A stretch of DNA of 64,000 nt, from NCBI GenBank assembly GCA_963666365.2, contig CAXXNF010000002.1:896001-960000 (forward strand), written 5' to 3'. This DNA comes from Syntrophales bacterium. Lineage in GTDB: Bacteria; Desulfobacterota; Syntrophia; Syntrophales; UBA2210. Every line of letters begins with the position of its first letter. The stretch's first letter is position 1. A program made the translations under genes and the position numbers. A model generated the notes under the pieces. It did no database searches and had not been told where the DNA came from. It worked only from the letters and a program-made list of their open reading frames with translations. Below are positions 42,901 through 49,785 of the stretch, one piece after another.

Positions 42901-45900
42901 TGGCGGGGCATACAGGACTTTCTTTGTGGGCGCTGAAGCGGGCAATGCGATGGATGCGCTCCTGCTCGGTCTTTACATAGACCCGGACGGGAATCCGGGC
43001 TATCTCAAAGGCACAATGAGCGGCAATGCCTATAGTGAAATAGATATGTTCTTAATGGATGGCAGCCTGTACCCGACTATGGTGACATCCTCGGCAACCT
43101 ACAACCCCGAAGACATTCAATACACCTGCAACGATGCTGTTGCAATAGTACGATCCATGCCCCTATCGCCTTTTGCCTTCGATGGAACCTACGGTTTGGA
43201 AGGTTCAATGGTGAACTATGAAGGCTGTACCGGCGCCCAGCGCCCCTCCAGTTCCTGGTGGTTTGAGGATTATGAATCGAACACGTCCGAGCACTGGGGC
43301 ATATACTTCCGGAGCGTGGCAGGAACCTATCAATCGCCATTAGAGGGAGAATCGTGGACGGCAACGATGGGTGGAATGGGATTCTTCGGCTCATTTGAAA
43401 ATAGTGATTGCGGGGAGCTTACACCTGCCCGTGGATACTGGCTGCTGTTCCTCGGTGGCGAGGCGCAGGATAGCATGCTGACCGGCGCCGTATGTGAAGG
43501 ATACTATGTCACGACGAACACGATGGGAATCTTTTCTGAAGAAGCGGGCACAGGCATGACGGGAGATCTGCTTGGAACCTATGATTCGACTAACAATACA
43601 TGGCAGGCAGGAATCCTTGGCACATGGGCCGGAACACCCACAGACTTCGGAGGGTATTGGCACCATAGCACACTCTATAATGATAATGTCTACCTGGAAT
43701 GGGCCAGTGTAAACAGCTGTAGCAAGGAGAATGAGGGTACCTTTGGATTAATAGAGAATACGGAAGGTGGATATGACTTTTTCGCCATGGGACGATATTA
43801 CGAGCCGCTATCACAGGGAGCAGGCTTTGTCGGACCGTACCTCTGGAACGGGTCATTGTCGTATGATGACCGTCGAATGGGCAATCGCAACTTTGAAGCC
43901 TTTGTCGGCGGCATTTGGTCGAATGGAGCAACCACCGTGGCGGCGATGGAAGGCGTAATTACGGCCCTTTACTTTACCGAAGAACTTATCGGTGAGAATT
44001 TCGTTCCCGCAGCAGGCCTTATGACGGGTGACCTGTCCGGCGTCCTGCACGAAATGGTGTATTGGACCCATGACGACATGTCCGGCATGTGGCAGGTTGA
44101 AAGCGATGAAGAGGGACTTGCCGTCATTGAAAGGCCTGTGCCGGAAGACTTCACGGCGGAAAACGCCTATGTCGACGAAGACGGCATCTCTGCCCACCTT
44201 GCGGGCGGGTTCGGCGGCGCCGGCGGAATGAGCAGTGAATATGAGGGGGGCAGTACACGGTTCATCAGTTATGATGTCTATGAATCCGAAACCTTTATGG
44301 CCACGAAGAGCCTTCCCTTCGGCATCTACAATCTGAAGCCGGCTGACGGTTATGGAAGCAGCTACTTCACCGGCAAGCCTTCGGGGACTTCTGTTGAATG
44401 GAACGCAACGATAGGCGGCGCCGGTTACTTCGGATACAGTTATACCTCTGACTACGGTTCACACTATCATCCCGGCTTCTGGCTGGCCGATATTACAGGT
44501 ACATGGGATGCACGCGCTGCGGAAGAGGGACAGGGGACCATCAGCGGCACATTGGAGGGCGCCTATATGACCTATACGCATGTAGGAACCATAGGAGGTC
44601 CCTTTTACGGACTTTATACCGAATCAGGCGAGGCCGGAGACGGCGCTTGGGTCGGAGAAAGCCAGGGCGTTTTCGATGCCTCATCGACGCTCACCTTTGC
44701 CAATGAGCTGAATGCGGATATCATCAGTTGCTGCGTGGGACCCGAAGGGACTATGGCCGGTATTCTGGGCGGACCGGATTCGCTCTGGACCGGTTCAGAC
44801 ATTCCGGTTTATTCAATGGGAGCAGTCACCAGCGGCACTGAATGCATCTGGTATGATCACTATTTCATGAGTGCCAACTACCTGACCGGCGAAAGCGATA
44901 CCTACGACGGCGGCGCCTTTTACGGAACCGTCAGCGGTATAAAGCAAGACGAGTTTCTGTCGGGCAGCCTCTTTGCCCTTTACATAGACAATGCCGGCGC
45001 CGCCGGATATCTCGCGGGAGACCTCTCGGGTACGGTCTACGAGACACTCGGCCTTTATGAAATGGACGGCACTGTGAACCGGATCGTCATGAACGAGACT
45101 CTTGACGGCGTAAGCCAGACATCGTTTCCTGGTGCCGTCACCCGTATTGACGGCATCGACTTCATGGGATCAGGCGTGTTCAGCGCAGGAGGAGACATCG
45201 TTGAACTTACATCCGAATATGACGAGGGATGCGGCTTCAGCGCCTTCATCACCGGTCAGGATTGGGGCATGTGGGCCTCCACGCTCTACGGAGCATACAC
45301 CGACAACAGTGAGCTGACAAATGATACCTGGTCGCTTGAGCTGGTGGAAGCCGCTCAGGAATCACCGACGGGAATGAACCACTGGATGGAAATATCAGGG
45401 ACGAAGTTCTCCAACGGTGAAATGGCGGGAAACACGGCAGGCGCCTGGGTGAACTGGGATCAGGCCATGACGGGAGTCTCCGGGGGCACGCTCAAGGGGA
45501 CCTTCGATGCCGCCAACTTTGCCTGGGAGGCGGTAGCGAAAGGTGCTTCCATCGAAACCCAGAAGTTCCTCGACATGGTGGCCAACAGCCCTGAAAAACT
45601 GGCACAGTTGAATATTCCCTGTGTTCAGATCGGCACCACCGATCTTACAGGATCGAACGGAGACCTGACGGTGAATATGAACAGTGTGAACTTCTTCGCC
45701 TACTCAAACGGAACATCGCCTTCAATATGGGCCACTGATTCCGTGAGCGGCGCCTACAATCAGGAAATACCAAGCTACACGGGTACATCGCTCACCCTCA
45801 GCGGCAATGGATTCAGCAGCGTTGATTTCGGGGTGAAGAAATGGGATAATGCCCAGTGGGGCGCCGCAGTGAACGGCGCCGGCAACGTACCGGGAACCGA

Positions 45901-46000
45901 CTTTAATGTGAACATTACAGGGGCTGCGGCGGGAACGTTCAGTGCCGGCACTCTCAGCGGCACCGGCGCCGGCGTTGCCTCCCCGGGCGGCAGCAGGTGA
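33920..46000 (+). CDS. Giant (4026 aa) secreted FecR-domain protein with tandem beta-rich repeat modules
   Basis: Sec signal peptide without lipobox Cys; FecR domain (GD.IRT...S.AEITF.DGS...EVHTPTAVCGVRGT); D/G/E linker; ~11 modules ending in GGPFYGLY..GTW.G.S.G-like motifs; uninterrupted 12-kb ORF. Confidence 0.9.
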   Translation: MTAMKMKKYIVFFILIGLIFLLPLSVLGASIGKFTFTQGTVDLTRPGEAAQPATVGDEIAIGDFIRTKSNSKAEITFVDGSITRLAPRSRLKITEYFISDEGRKGTLDLVRGKVQSVIQKTEITGTDSRFEVHTPTAVCGVRGTIFFTYYQDGVSGGATQDGVVYVYSKNRPSEVRTMSSGEAMIVTSPDQPPVVRPATDPEIQQHTDDTSPGDDGEEGDDDSGDDDGGGGTQSGGTQGDEGGGGAGGGDGGGGEGADSVDEELITTTLLTGTEDTSGDSGQGPGSSLPGPDTTGQNLVDNTPEPIIEPETPSNAFCSTGEYGYGTVTLAITPPEGTQQYGAIDISGIVYDSVWMGSIAAASEEGSKLGGYFAGVAGSWRGYLSTLYCETNDRTEGGHILGYLSTDPSGSFEAETGAFAGSGTVLMIPMADTTFNPTEFTALLNDEIYQADLPFSRIPFHAFTLGVIDFDGSFSGSVTSEGDYKGIDAGDILLGVWAAKTKDGYYSNVNQHDLGTIYFGYTPDLDEDEDCYMIGGIDGNQSLGDDGDGHIDLYGYATYIDHEHLGVLDFRHLGVYEGNPGAYNSITSGTATLYPLAFSGHIGGTVRPVGAVEQQPSSLYRNEGGMALIYAHEEGIVGGRTSPWGAADSTLKDVQPGFFRALGQYYDTEEAPLVSATPSHFLWNTASYLSYLNRNEGGTLDREERSLSFVTGLWKDDGTIVGESIGFYESDDGTLGIIGGDLTGYYYTDLGMWMIEGTVTPDDTIIGTFTDSTHLSMDEITGSLYSDFSDGSYVEGAALGSAFRLTDNEGTPALFGVFDILFGGYSEFFSTGGGNTFYCASENYADMAGREILFGSFAYNPYTYPVSYPLNGLDMGGGTYMMGSLIIDSWNNDGTIYGTLTNGEYFYLSLDSFGSFEGSFYGLYDELEAGYGTWIGVSAGAFVGEPLAYSGLWGNYLFDGFDAGCLFTVDSIDEYGDLLTMGEEYGLFGLAPRGDDYLFVAMGSYDAWDEGIGPYLWNTPIMSASFDPYEYTFFDNEGIAGYTTGIWNNGALEGYALALLSRYDGETGLVDLGVVAGPLTGTYNADIAMWMAQGTATTNIRETGVDPLVFELYGDWGYFDESCLAGDFEGNGSIEGYSDWGSTYFAGYYDAEEDLDLSYPWGIYSVTMAGTFENPNSGSSWSAVIGGFGEFGYDDRYYNFNDEYGYLEGYWIASVSGIWNEDGTILGYLGIEEEENGITFFSTSVISIPEPGVSDEGFGLFITLQGIGSIGGPFYGLYDNNDYWIGASIGTFELEAAFDMSGYWEHWLLADDGGSLVEVGEGWGIIGLVENEGIYEYFGMGEFFAETGYDSYLWDTFTYGIPGTLSTSATPYHMFLGYAGGIWNNGTWNGYASFLYSEADQDTGLVNLGYLSGSIDGVYYPGIEMWIMGGTLTPEIKVSGLDLSEGGYFWEYGSSLTAALSGSFGELQEGALSSEFNEEDMQGNTFFFVVETADQQGPLPWGIYSLSLGYDSAYSQPEGTDAFSAVIGGEGAFSASDTGSPEYGYWMASVSGIWNEDGTISGMLGETEEHENSFGFYLNATHMGTLGGPFYGLYSETEAGVGTWVAGSVGAFDGAPLALGGEITGNALYYDGTALVTGNSVEGLLGATTNPLFGEELTEAVIMGALNVNDPAASGLYEQEVTGWSADGDAFTGFMASIRTKEPFYGGVGFLLALYIDSEGNAGILEGEFEEAGRLNNSVWLDYGILSAIPQGTTSITPDMLYDSLITSTFEGCGGYSQEEGNGLWTESVSGTLLGLMDQDWGIFRISLGGSYEGVLPYSVMAFWGASATLDELPGYVFGISETMLQEEAFPLVAFSYGFALNDSYLYMLMGELIGTYQPDGAAGGELETGTWQASGVGRYERAALSASGAWNAEQTPDVFYNSEGYMESAGVMTGIIGIADEESGFFSSLVAMGSYEEYAPAQLYLWNSPLEVEWKDGSGGFYGYGIGISGSWYNDYSATAGMTVSLGYMVTLFDQYDADGMTFDLGIMSGEMEGFFVNDSGLWFMMGEFDDALIMDTVPDSLSVSLESGTLDGDFYGDFIGSGSITGNGAIGTTDFFVISEGELSYSLPWGIYSFILASGNYYENPLYETDFSAIVGGMGVFGYEFDGTDGYDETGYWIATVEGYCDEDGSIFGDLGMFEDDGTTYSAGYYITDTHMGTIQGLLLGIYEASEDEGSGTWIGESLGTFTGEELAYGGAWGGYYNGGYDALSAGSLFSLGSVITDEYDDTYIEGPMGEEFGMFGLAPRGNDYAFLAIGEYEYYDESGSGPYIWNTPIASPGFDPYDFLFNYDGIAGYTSGIWKDGSMGGYAVALLSRYDDETGLVDLGFVTGPLAGIYSPEIAMWMAEGMLITDIREVGIDPEEYELYGDWGNFDEITFTGSFQGSGYLEGYSDGGHTYFFGAIDQATEIDISYPWGLYTFTIAGTHDNPELGSSWSGRVGGNGEFGYDSRFTSSYYEGCWLATVSGTWNDDGTITGVVGDTAGEDDDRFGIFMSVKGMGKIGGPFCGLYDDTLGTWIGTSIGTFKQEIAFDCAAYVGFYGSELFYDDGGYLASAGWLEGLSGLKSTDTGFDFHAMGMYDDYDAYGIYEGPYLWYADVSPGEYYYNYYALSPMVAAGEEHVSGYVGRTIGIAKEGAMGGYLAALFGRFDSEGTSYQAGLLSGSVEGTLFDDIGMWLAAGTMDYTLLVESAPYSENLDVYPDWGDLDYIALSGSFDGNAGMISGANGYGSTSFISVYNIETDYESSYPWGIYEFIIGTGNAYENPNASTVFSATIGGYGEFGYSTDADGMHIGYWLATLQGDWNSDGTIIGTLGKVAEDDGTFGVYLTTGQRGVIGGPFYGLYTEAEEGGSGTWVGESIGTYQGSALHHVIQIEPTDGYRNATLITQVWDSQYEYLYYEEDGSLTALFGGSDIIRDATEASPADVLMLGEYYPESTQPHMWYYGTRPCEPASIFTTDGGAYRTFFVGAEAGNAMDALLLGLYIDPDGNPGYLKGTMSGNAYSEIDMFLMDGSLYPTMVTSSATYNPEDIQYTCNDAVAIVRSMPLSPFAFDGTYGLEGSMVNYEGCTGAQRPSSSWWFEDYESNTSEHWGIYFRSVAGTYQSPLEGESWTATMGGMGFFGSFENSDCGELTPARGYWLLFLGGEAQDSMLTGAVCEGYYVTTNTMGIFSEEAGTGMTGDLLGTYDSTNNTWQAGILGTWAGTPTDFGGYWHHSTLYNDNVYLEWASVNSCSKENEGTFGLIENTEGGYDFFAMGRYYEPLSQGAGFVGPYLWNGSLSYDDRRMGNRNFEAFVGGIWSNGATTVAAMEGVITALYFTEELIGENFVPAAGLMTGDLSGVLHEMVYWTHDDMSGMWQVESDEEGLAVIERPVPEDFTAENAYVDEDGISAHLAGGFGGAGGMSSEYEGGSTRFISYDVYESETFMATKSLPFGIYNLKPADGYGSSYFTGKPSGTSVEWNATIGGAGYFGYSYTSDYGSHYHPGFWLADITGTWDARAAEEGQGTISGTLEGAYMTYTHVGTIGGPFYGLYTESGEAGDGAWVGESQGVFDASSTLTFANELNADIISCCVGPEGTMAGILGGPDSLWTGSDIPVYSMGAVTSGTECIWYDHYFMSANYLTGESDTYDGGAFYGTVSGIKQDEFLSGSLFALYIDNAGAAGYLAGDLSGTVYETLGLYEMDGTVNRIVMNETLDGVSQTSFPGAVTRIDGIDFMGSGVFSAGGDIVELTSEYDEGCGFSAFITGQDWGMWASTLYGAYTDNSELTNDTWSLELVEAAQESPTGMNHWMEISGTKFSNGEMAGNTAGAWVNWDQAMTGVSGGTLKGTFDAANFAWEAVAKGASIETQKFLDMVANSPEKLAQLNIPCVQIGTTDLTGSNGDLTVNMNSVNFFAYSNGTSPSIWATDSVSGAYNQEIPSYTGTSLTLSGNGFSSVDFGVKKWDNAQWGAAVNGAGNVPGTDFNVNITGAAAGTFSAGTLSGTGAGVASPGGSR
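34860..45560 (+). repeat. Degenerate intragenic tandem repeat, ~0.85-1.06 kb period
   Basis: Module-end motifs at ~35630, 36668, 37727, 38675, 39527, 40520, 41540, 42536, 43562, 44594 and 45485. Confidence 0.85.
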
Positions 46001-46024
46001 TATATCTAAGCCTTAGTACTACAG

Positions 46025-46063
46025 GAGGGGCACTGTAACTGAATTACCGTGCCCCTCTTTTTT
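46025..46063 (+). terminator. Intrinsic terminator after the giant gene
   Basis: GAGGGGCAC...GTGCCCCTC followed by TTTTTT. Confidence 0.8.
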
Positions 46064-46087
46064 AAAAATTGAAAGGAGTTATGTTGT

Positions 46088-46609
46088 ATGAAACGTTCCT
46101 GTGTGGTTGCTTTTTCCTTTATGCTTATCTTTTCTTTTCTCATGGTATCGACTGCCTGTGACGCAGCAACGGTAAAAATCGGCGTTATCGATACGCAGAA
46201 GATTCTGCGCGATTCGCAGGCAGCCAAGGAAGCGCAGAAGGTTTTTCGAAGGGATCTTGAAGCGAAACGGGCCGTATTGAAATCCAAGGAACAGGAAGTG
46301 ATGGTCCTGGATCAGGAAATAAAAAAAGAGGGGCCCAAAATGGAAGCGACGGTGCTGAAAAACAAGCGTGAAAAGCTTGCCGATGAAATGAAAGAACTGA
46401 AACGCCTCAGGACCGATCTAAGCGACGACCTCAAGAAGAAAGATGCCGAACTGACCCAGAAGATCCTGAAGGAAATCGATGCAATCGTCAAGGATTACAG
46501 CAAGAAGAATAAATATACGATCATACTCGACAGGCGCATGGTCATAGACTTCGATGAAACTGTGGAAATCACGAATGATGTCATTAAAATTTACGACAAA
46601 AAGAAATAA
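46088..46609 (+). CDS. skp: OmpH/Skp periplasmic chaperone
   Basis: Signal peptide, KIGVID.QKIL..S, long coiled coil, Y.IILD, ITNDVI. Confidence 0.9.
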   Translation: MKRSCVVAFSFMLIFSFLMVSTACDAATVKIGVIDTQKILRDSQAAKEAQKVFRRDLEAKRAVLKSKEQEVMVLDQEIKKEGPKMEATVLKNKREKLADEMKELKRLRTDLSDDLKKKDAELTQKILKEIDAIVKDYSKKNKYTIILDRRMVIDFDETVEITNDVIKIYDKKK

Positions 46610-46640
46610 ACCCGGTACGTTACTATAACTGTTTTAAAGA

Positions 46641-46712
46641 TTGTCTCGCGCAGCGGGTGGGCATGAGAGGAATTATGTGACATGTTTCCAGGTGCTCTGC
46701 TGCGCGAGACAA
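46641..46712. repeat. Long inverted repeat between convergent genes
   Basis: TTGTCTCGCGCAGC...GCTGCGCGAGACAA; perfect 14-bp arms around a ~44-nt centre. Confidence 0.75.
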
Positions 46713-46752
46713 AGGGCGGAAAGCCCAACAACCCTGATCCACACACGCACAC

Positions 46753-47196
46753 CTAATCCATGGTCGCGAAATCGATCTGTACCACTTCTTCCCCGAGCGC
46801 GGCTGCATCCTCTCTGCGTTTGAACTGTCTGATCTTATCCATCAACCAGAGCGCCTGCGAAGGCGTAAGCACTTCGAGCTTTTCCGCCAGAAGAACGGGA
46901 TCAACGCCATAATTGACGCTGATCTTTTCGCAGCGTTCCACATCCTCCACATCCCAGGCAAAAAGCATGGGCCATTCCTGGAATCTGTCTATCCCCATAT
47001 CGGTATTTTTAAATAACTCACAGAGCAGCGCTGCTTCCGCGTCCGTAAACATGTCGCGCATTTCCACCGCAGTTGCATCCACGAGCGCATAATAGGATTG
47101 TACCGCTTCCCACGCCGCATCGGGCAGATTTTCGTTTCGTTTTTCCAGTCGTTTTATGAGCGTTTCCGAAATGTGAACAGTGACCGGTACATTCAT
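46753..47196 (-). CDS. Hypothetical protein, possible N-terminal ribbon-helix-helix
   Basis: 147-aa ORF starting 29 nt downstream of tRNA-His; PVTVHISETLIKRLEK is strand-helix-like. Confidence 0.7.
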   Translation of the reverse strand: MNVPVTVHISETLIKRLEKRNENLPDAAWEAVQSYYALVDATAVEMRDMFTDAEAALLCELFKNTDMGIDRFQEWPMLFAWDVEDVERCEKISVNYGVDPVLLAEKLEVLTPSQALWLMDKIRQFKRREDAAALGEEVVQIDFATMD

Positions 47197-47224
47197 ACAT
47201 TTCTATCGATTTCAAAAATAAAAA

Positions 47225-47302
47225 TGGGGTGAGTGAAGGGATTTGAACCCTCGACCTCCGGGGCCACAACCCGGCACTCTAACCAACTGAGCTACACCCA
47301 CC
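47225..47302 (-). tRNA. tRNA-His (GTG)
   Basis: G-GTGGGTGTAGCTCAGTTGGTTAGAGTG CCGGG TTGTGGC CCCGG AGGTC GAGGG TTCAAAT CCCTT CACTCAC C CCA; G-1, discriminator C and CCA are all encoded. Confidence 0.97.
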
Positions 47303-47527
47303 ACAGAATATTACCCCTTCGAGAGTGGCATGTCTCTGACGATGACCCAGTGTGCTGATACATCGCTGAAGGATGATGTTCATATCATACATTCTTTGAG
47401 ATTGGCAATAAAAAAGACACGCCATCACACCAAGGAACGTAAAAACTGCTCTATGCCGACCGTTTGACATTATAATGGAAAGTAACGCACAGTTGTTTGA
47501 GCAGCATACCGAAAATAAAAAAAATAG

Positions 47528-47613
47528 ATTTTCGCGCAGGGCGCAGTGGCGCTGAGAACAAGCCAATAAAAATAGTTTTTCTCTGCGAACTCGCCGTCTC
47601 TGCGGGAGAAAAT
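47528..47613. repeat. Degenerate REP-like palindromic element (CGCAG/CTCTGCG units)
   Basis: Arms ATTTTCGCGCAGGGCGCAGTGGCGCTGAGAA and TTCTCTGCGAACTCGCCGTCTCTGCGGGAGAAAAT around an A-rich loop. Confidence 0.6.
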
Positions 47614-47678
47614 GAATACGTTACTTACAAGAGCGCTGGACATGGTGCCACGCCGCCCCTCACCCGAGATCCTCGAGG

Positions 47679-48440
47679 TTACACATATCCGTATGCGGTC
47701 CACCCGCCATCGACCGTCACAACACAACCCGTGATATAGGCAGCTTCGTCGCCGGCCAAAAAAACTGCGGCACCGGTCACATCCTCCGCTTCGCCAATTC
47801 GGCCCTGAGGTGTTCGTCTCTTTACGGCTTCCAGATCGAGTAATCCCTGGTCAATGACACCCTGCACCAGCTCCGTTCTGATATATCCCGGGGCAATGGC
47901 ATTTACTCTGATATTTTTTTTCGCCCACTCCGAAGCGAGCACTTTTGTCAGCATATTCCCCGCCGCTTTGCTGGCGCAGTAGGCGGCACGATTGGGCGCG
48001 GCAACGATGCCATAGGCCGACGTGATGGTTATGATAGAACCGCCGCCCTGGGGAATCATCTGACGTGCCGCTGACTGGCACCCGTAAAAGACACCGAAAA
48101 GATCCGTTTCCAGCGCCCGTGTCCAGTCCTCGGGGGCGATGCTCTCCGAGGGTCCTCCCATGGAGATGCCGGCGTTGTTGACAAGAATATCAAGTCTCCC
48201 ATAGGTTTCCACCGTTTTATCCACTACATCCTGAATACTCTGCGCACTCCGCACATCAACGGCAAGGGCCAGGGCTTCCCCACCTGCCTGCACAATCTCT
48301 TCGGCAATCGCCGAGAGAAGATCCATCGAACGACTCGCCAGGACTACCGAGGCGCCCTCTTGCGCATAACGCTTCGCAATTGCCTTGCCGATACCCTTGC
48401 TCGCCCCTGTCACTATAGCTACTTTATTTTCAAGCTTCAT
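47679..48440 (-). CDS. Short-chain dehydrogenase/reductase
   Basis: TGASKGIG, NNAG, YCASK, IRVNAIAPG, VDGG; AGGAGG RBS before ATG 48440. Confidence 0.94.
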   Translation of the reverse strand: MKLENKVAIVTGASKGIGKAIAKRYAQEGASVVLASRSMDLLSAIAEEIVQAGGEALALAVDVRSAQSIQDVVDKTVETYGRLDILVNNAGISMGGPSESIAPEDWTRALETDLFGVFYGCQSAARQMIPQGGGSIITITSAYGIVAAPNRAAYCASKAAGNMLTKVLASEWAKKNIRVNAIAPGYIRTELVQGVIDQGLLDLEAVKRRTPQGRIGEAEDVTGAAVFLAGDEAAYITGCVVTVDGGWTAYGYV

Positions 48441-48537
48441 CGCGCCTCCTTTTCTTCTATTGAAAAGAAAGGTGCAATCCATGAAATGCGATTGCACCTT
48501 TCGTCATTATCAGTCCGGCGGCATCACCGGATTTCAA

Positions 48538-49752
48538 TTACTTGATGCGGGTACAACCCGTTTCTTCACAGGGCGTGGCGATATCGCCCGCGGGAATAAT
48601 GGTCGCCTGACCCACGAAGGGATGTTTGAAATACTTGTTATCTTTCACGATCTTTCCGATCCAGGCGGGAATCTGTGCTTGATGATCGCAGGCACGCATT
48701 TCCCATGCGCCTGCGAGACCGTCCCATTTCAGCCCTTCCCAGGCCTTAATAACGTCTTCCACTTTTGTGCTGCCCGCCTTTTTGACGGCTTCCGCCCAGA
48801 ACATGATAGAGCTGTAGGCTTTTCCTCTCAGGTAGGTGGGATAATGACCATTTGCCTTATAGAATCCCTCAACGAATTTTGCATTTTTTTCAGTGGGAAT
48901 GGAAAGCATGTAGCACTCGGCGGTAACGGAATCCAAAACCGCCTGCTCGCTGCCCACCGCCGAAATAACATATTCGTCATTGAGGTAGTAGCAGGCGAAT
49001 TTTGACTTCATGCCAAGAGATTCGGCTTGCTTGATAAGGAGAGTAAGATCGTTGCCCCAGTTCGAGGTGAACACGATTTCCGGTTTGGATGAAATTATCT
49101 GGCTGATATAGGGAGCGTAATCTTTTTCTCCTATCTTATGATAGAGTTCTACGGTAATTTCTATCTGAGGATTTAATGCTTTCACCCGTTTTATAAATGC
49201 CGCTGTGGCCTCGTGTCCGAAAGAATAATCCTGAGCGATGGTCGCTACCTTTTTATAGCCGTTTTTTGCTACCCACGCGGCAAGAGCGTAGGACTGCTGG
49301 TCCGTTGTCAAGCAGGTCCTGAAAAAGTTCTTGCTGCATTTCGGGCCGGTCAAACTGGCCGCTGCCATGCCGTAAGAAATCATTATGGCATTGTTCTTTT
49401 CCGCAAGCACCGACATGGCGCCACCGACGGAGCTTCCCGTACCGCCGCAGAAGAATTTCACATCATCCTGCATGATCAGTTTGGTCGCTTTACGCGTGGC
49501 CACATCAGGCTTCAGTTCTGTATCAACGGCGATCAATTCAACCTTTTGACCCAGAAGCCCTCCTCCGGCGTTGATCTCTTTTACGGCGTACTCGACGCCA
49601 CTCAAATAACGCTCGCCAATATCTTTAAAATTACCGGAAAGAGGTTCCATCGCCGCAAGCTTGATGGTATCCGCAGCCACGGACATCGATGCAAATCCGA
49701 GAACCCCTGCTATACACATAACCGCCACACCTACTAAAAAAATCCTTCTCAT
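48538..49752 (-). CDS. ABC substrate-binding protein (LIV/PBP type 1)
   Basis: Signal peptide, PLSG, INAGGGLLG, DYSFG, MRACDHQ. Confidence 0.9.
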   Translation of the reverse strand: MRRIFLVGVAVMCIAGVLGFASMSVAADTIKLAAMEPLSGNFKDIGERYLSGVEYAVKEINAGGGLLGQKVELIAVDTELKPDVATRKATKLIMQDDVKFFCGGTGSSVGGAMSVLAEKNNAIMISYGMAAASLTGPKCSKNFFRTCLTTDQQSYALAAWVAKNGYKKVATIAQDYSFGHEATAAFIKRVKALNPQIEITVELYHKIGEKDYAPYISQIISSKPEIVFTSNWGNDLTLLIKQAESLGMKSKFACYYLNDEYVISAVGSEQAVLDSVTAECYMLSIPTEKNAKFVEGFYKANGHYPTYLRGKAYSSIMFWAEAVKKAGSTKVEDVIKAWEGLKWDGLAGAWEMRACDHQAQIPAWIGKIVKDNKYFKHPFVGQATIIPAGDIATPCEETGCTRIK

Positions 49753-49785
49753 CACTAGTCTCCTTTCCACCATGTTGTGTTGCAA

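Noticed and set aside
33920..46000. Giant protein as RTX, autotransporter, RHS/YD toxin or multiheme cytochrome
   Set aside because: No GGxGxD nonamer arrays, no C-terminal barrel ending in an aromatic residue, no RHS core motif and no CxxCH motifs were seen.
32000..47302. Genomic island integrated at tRNA-His carrying the giant gene
   Set aside because: No integrase and no att-like duplication of the tRNA 3' end found in the window.
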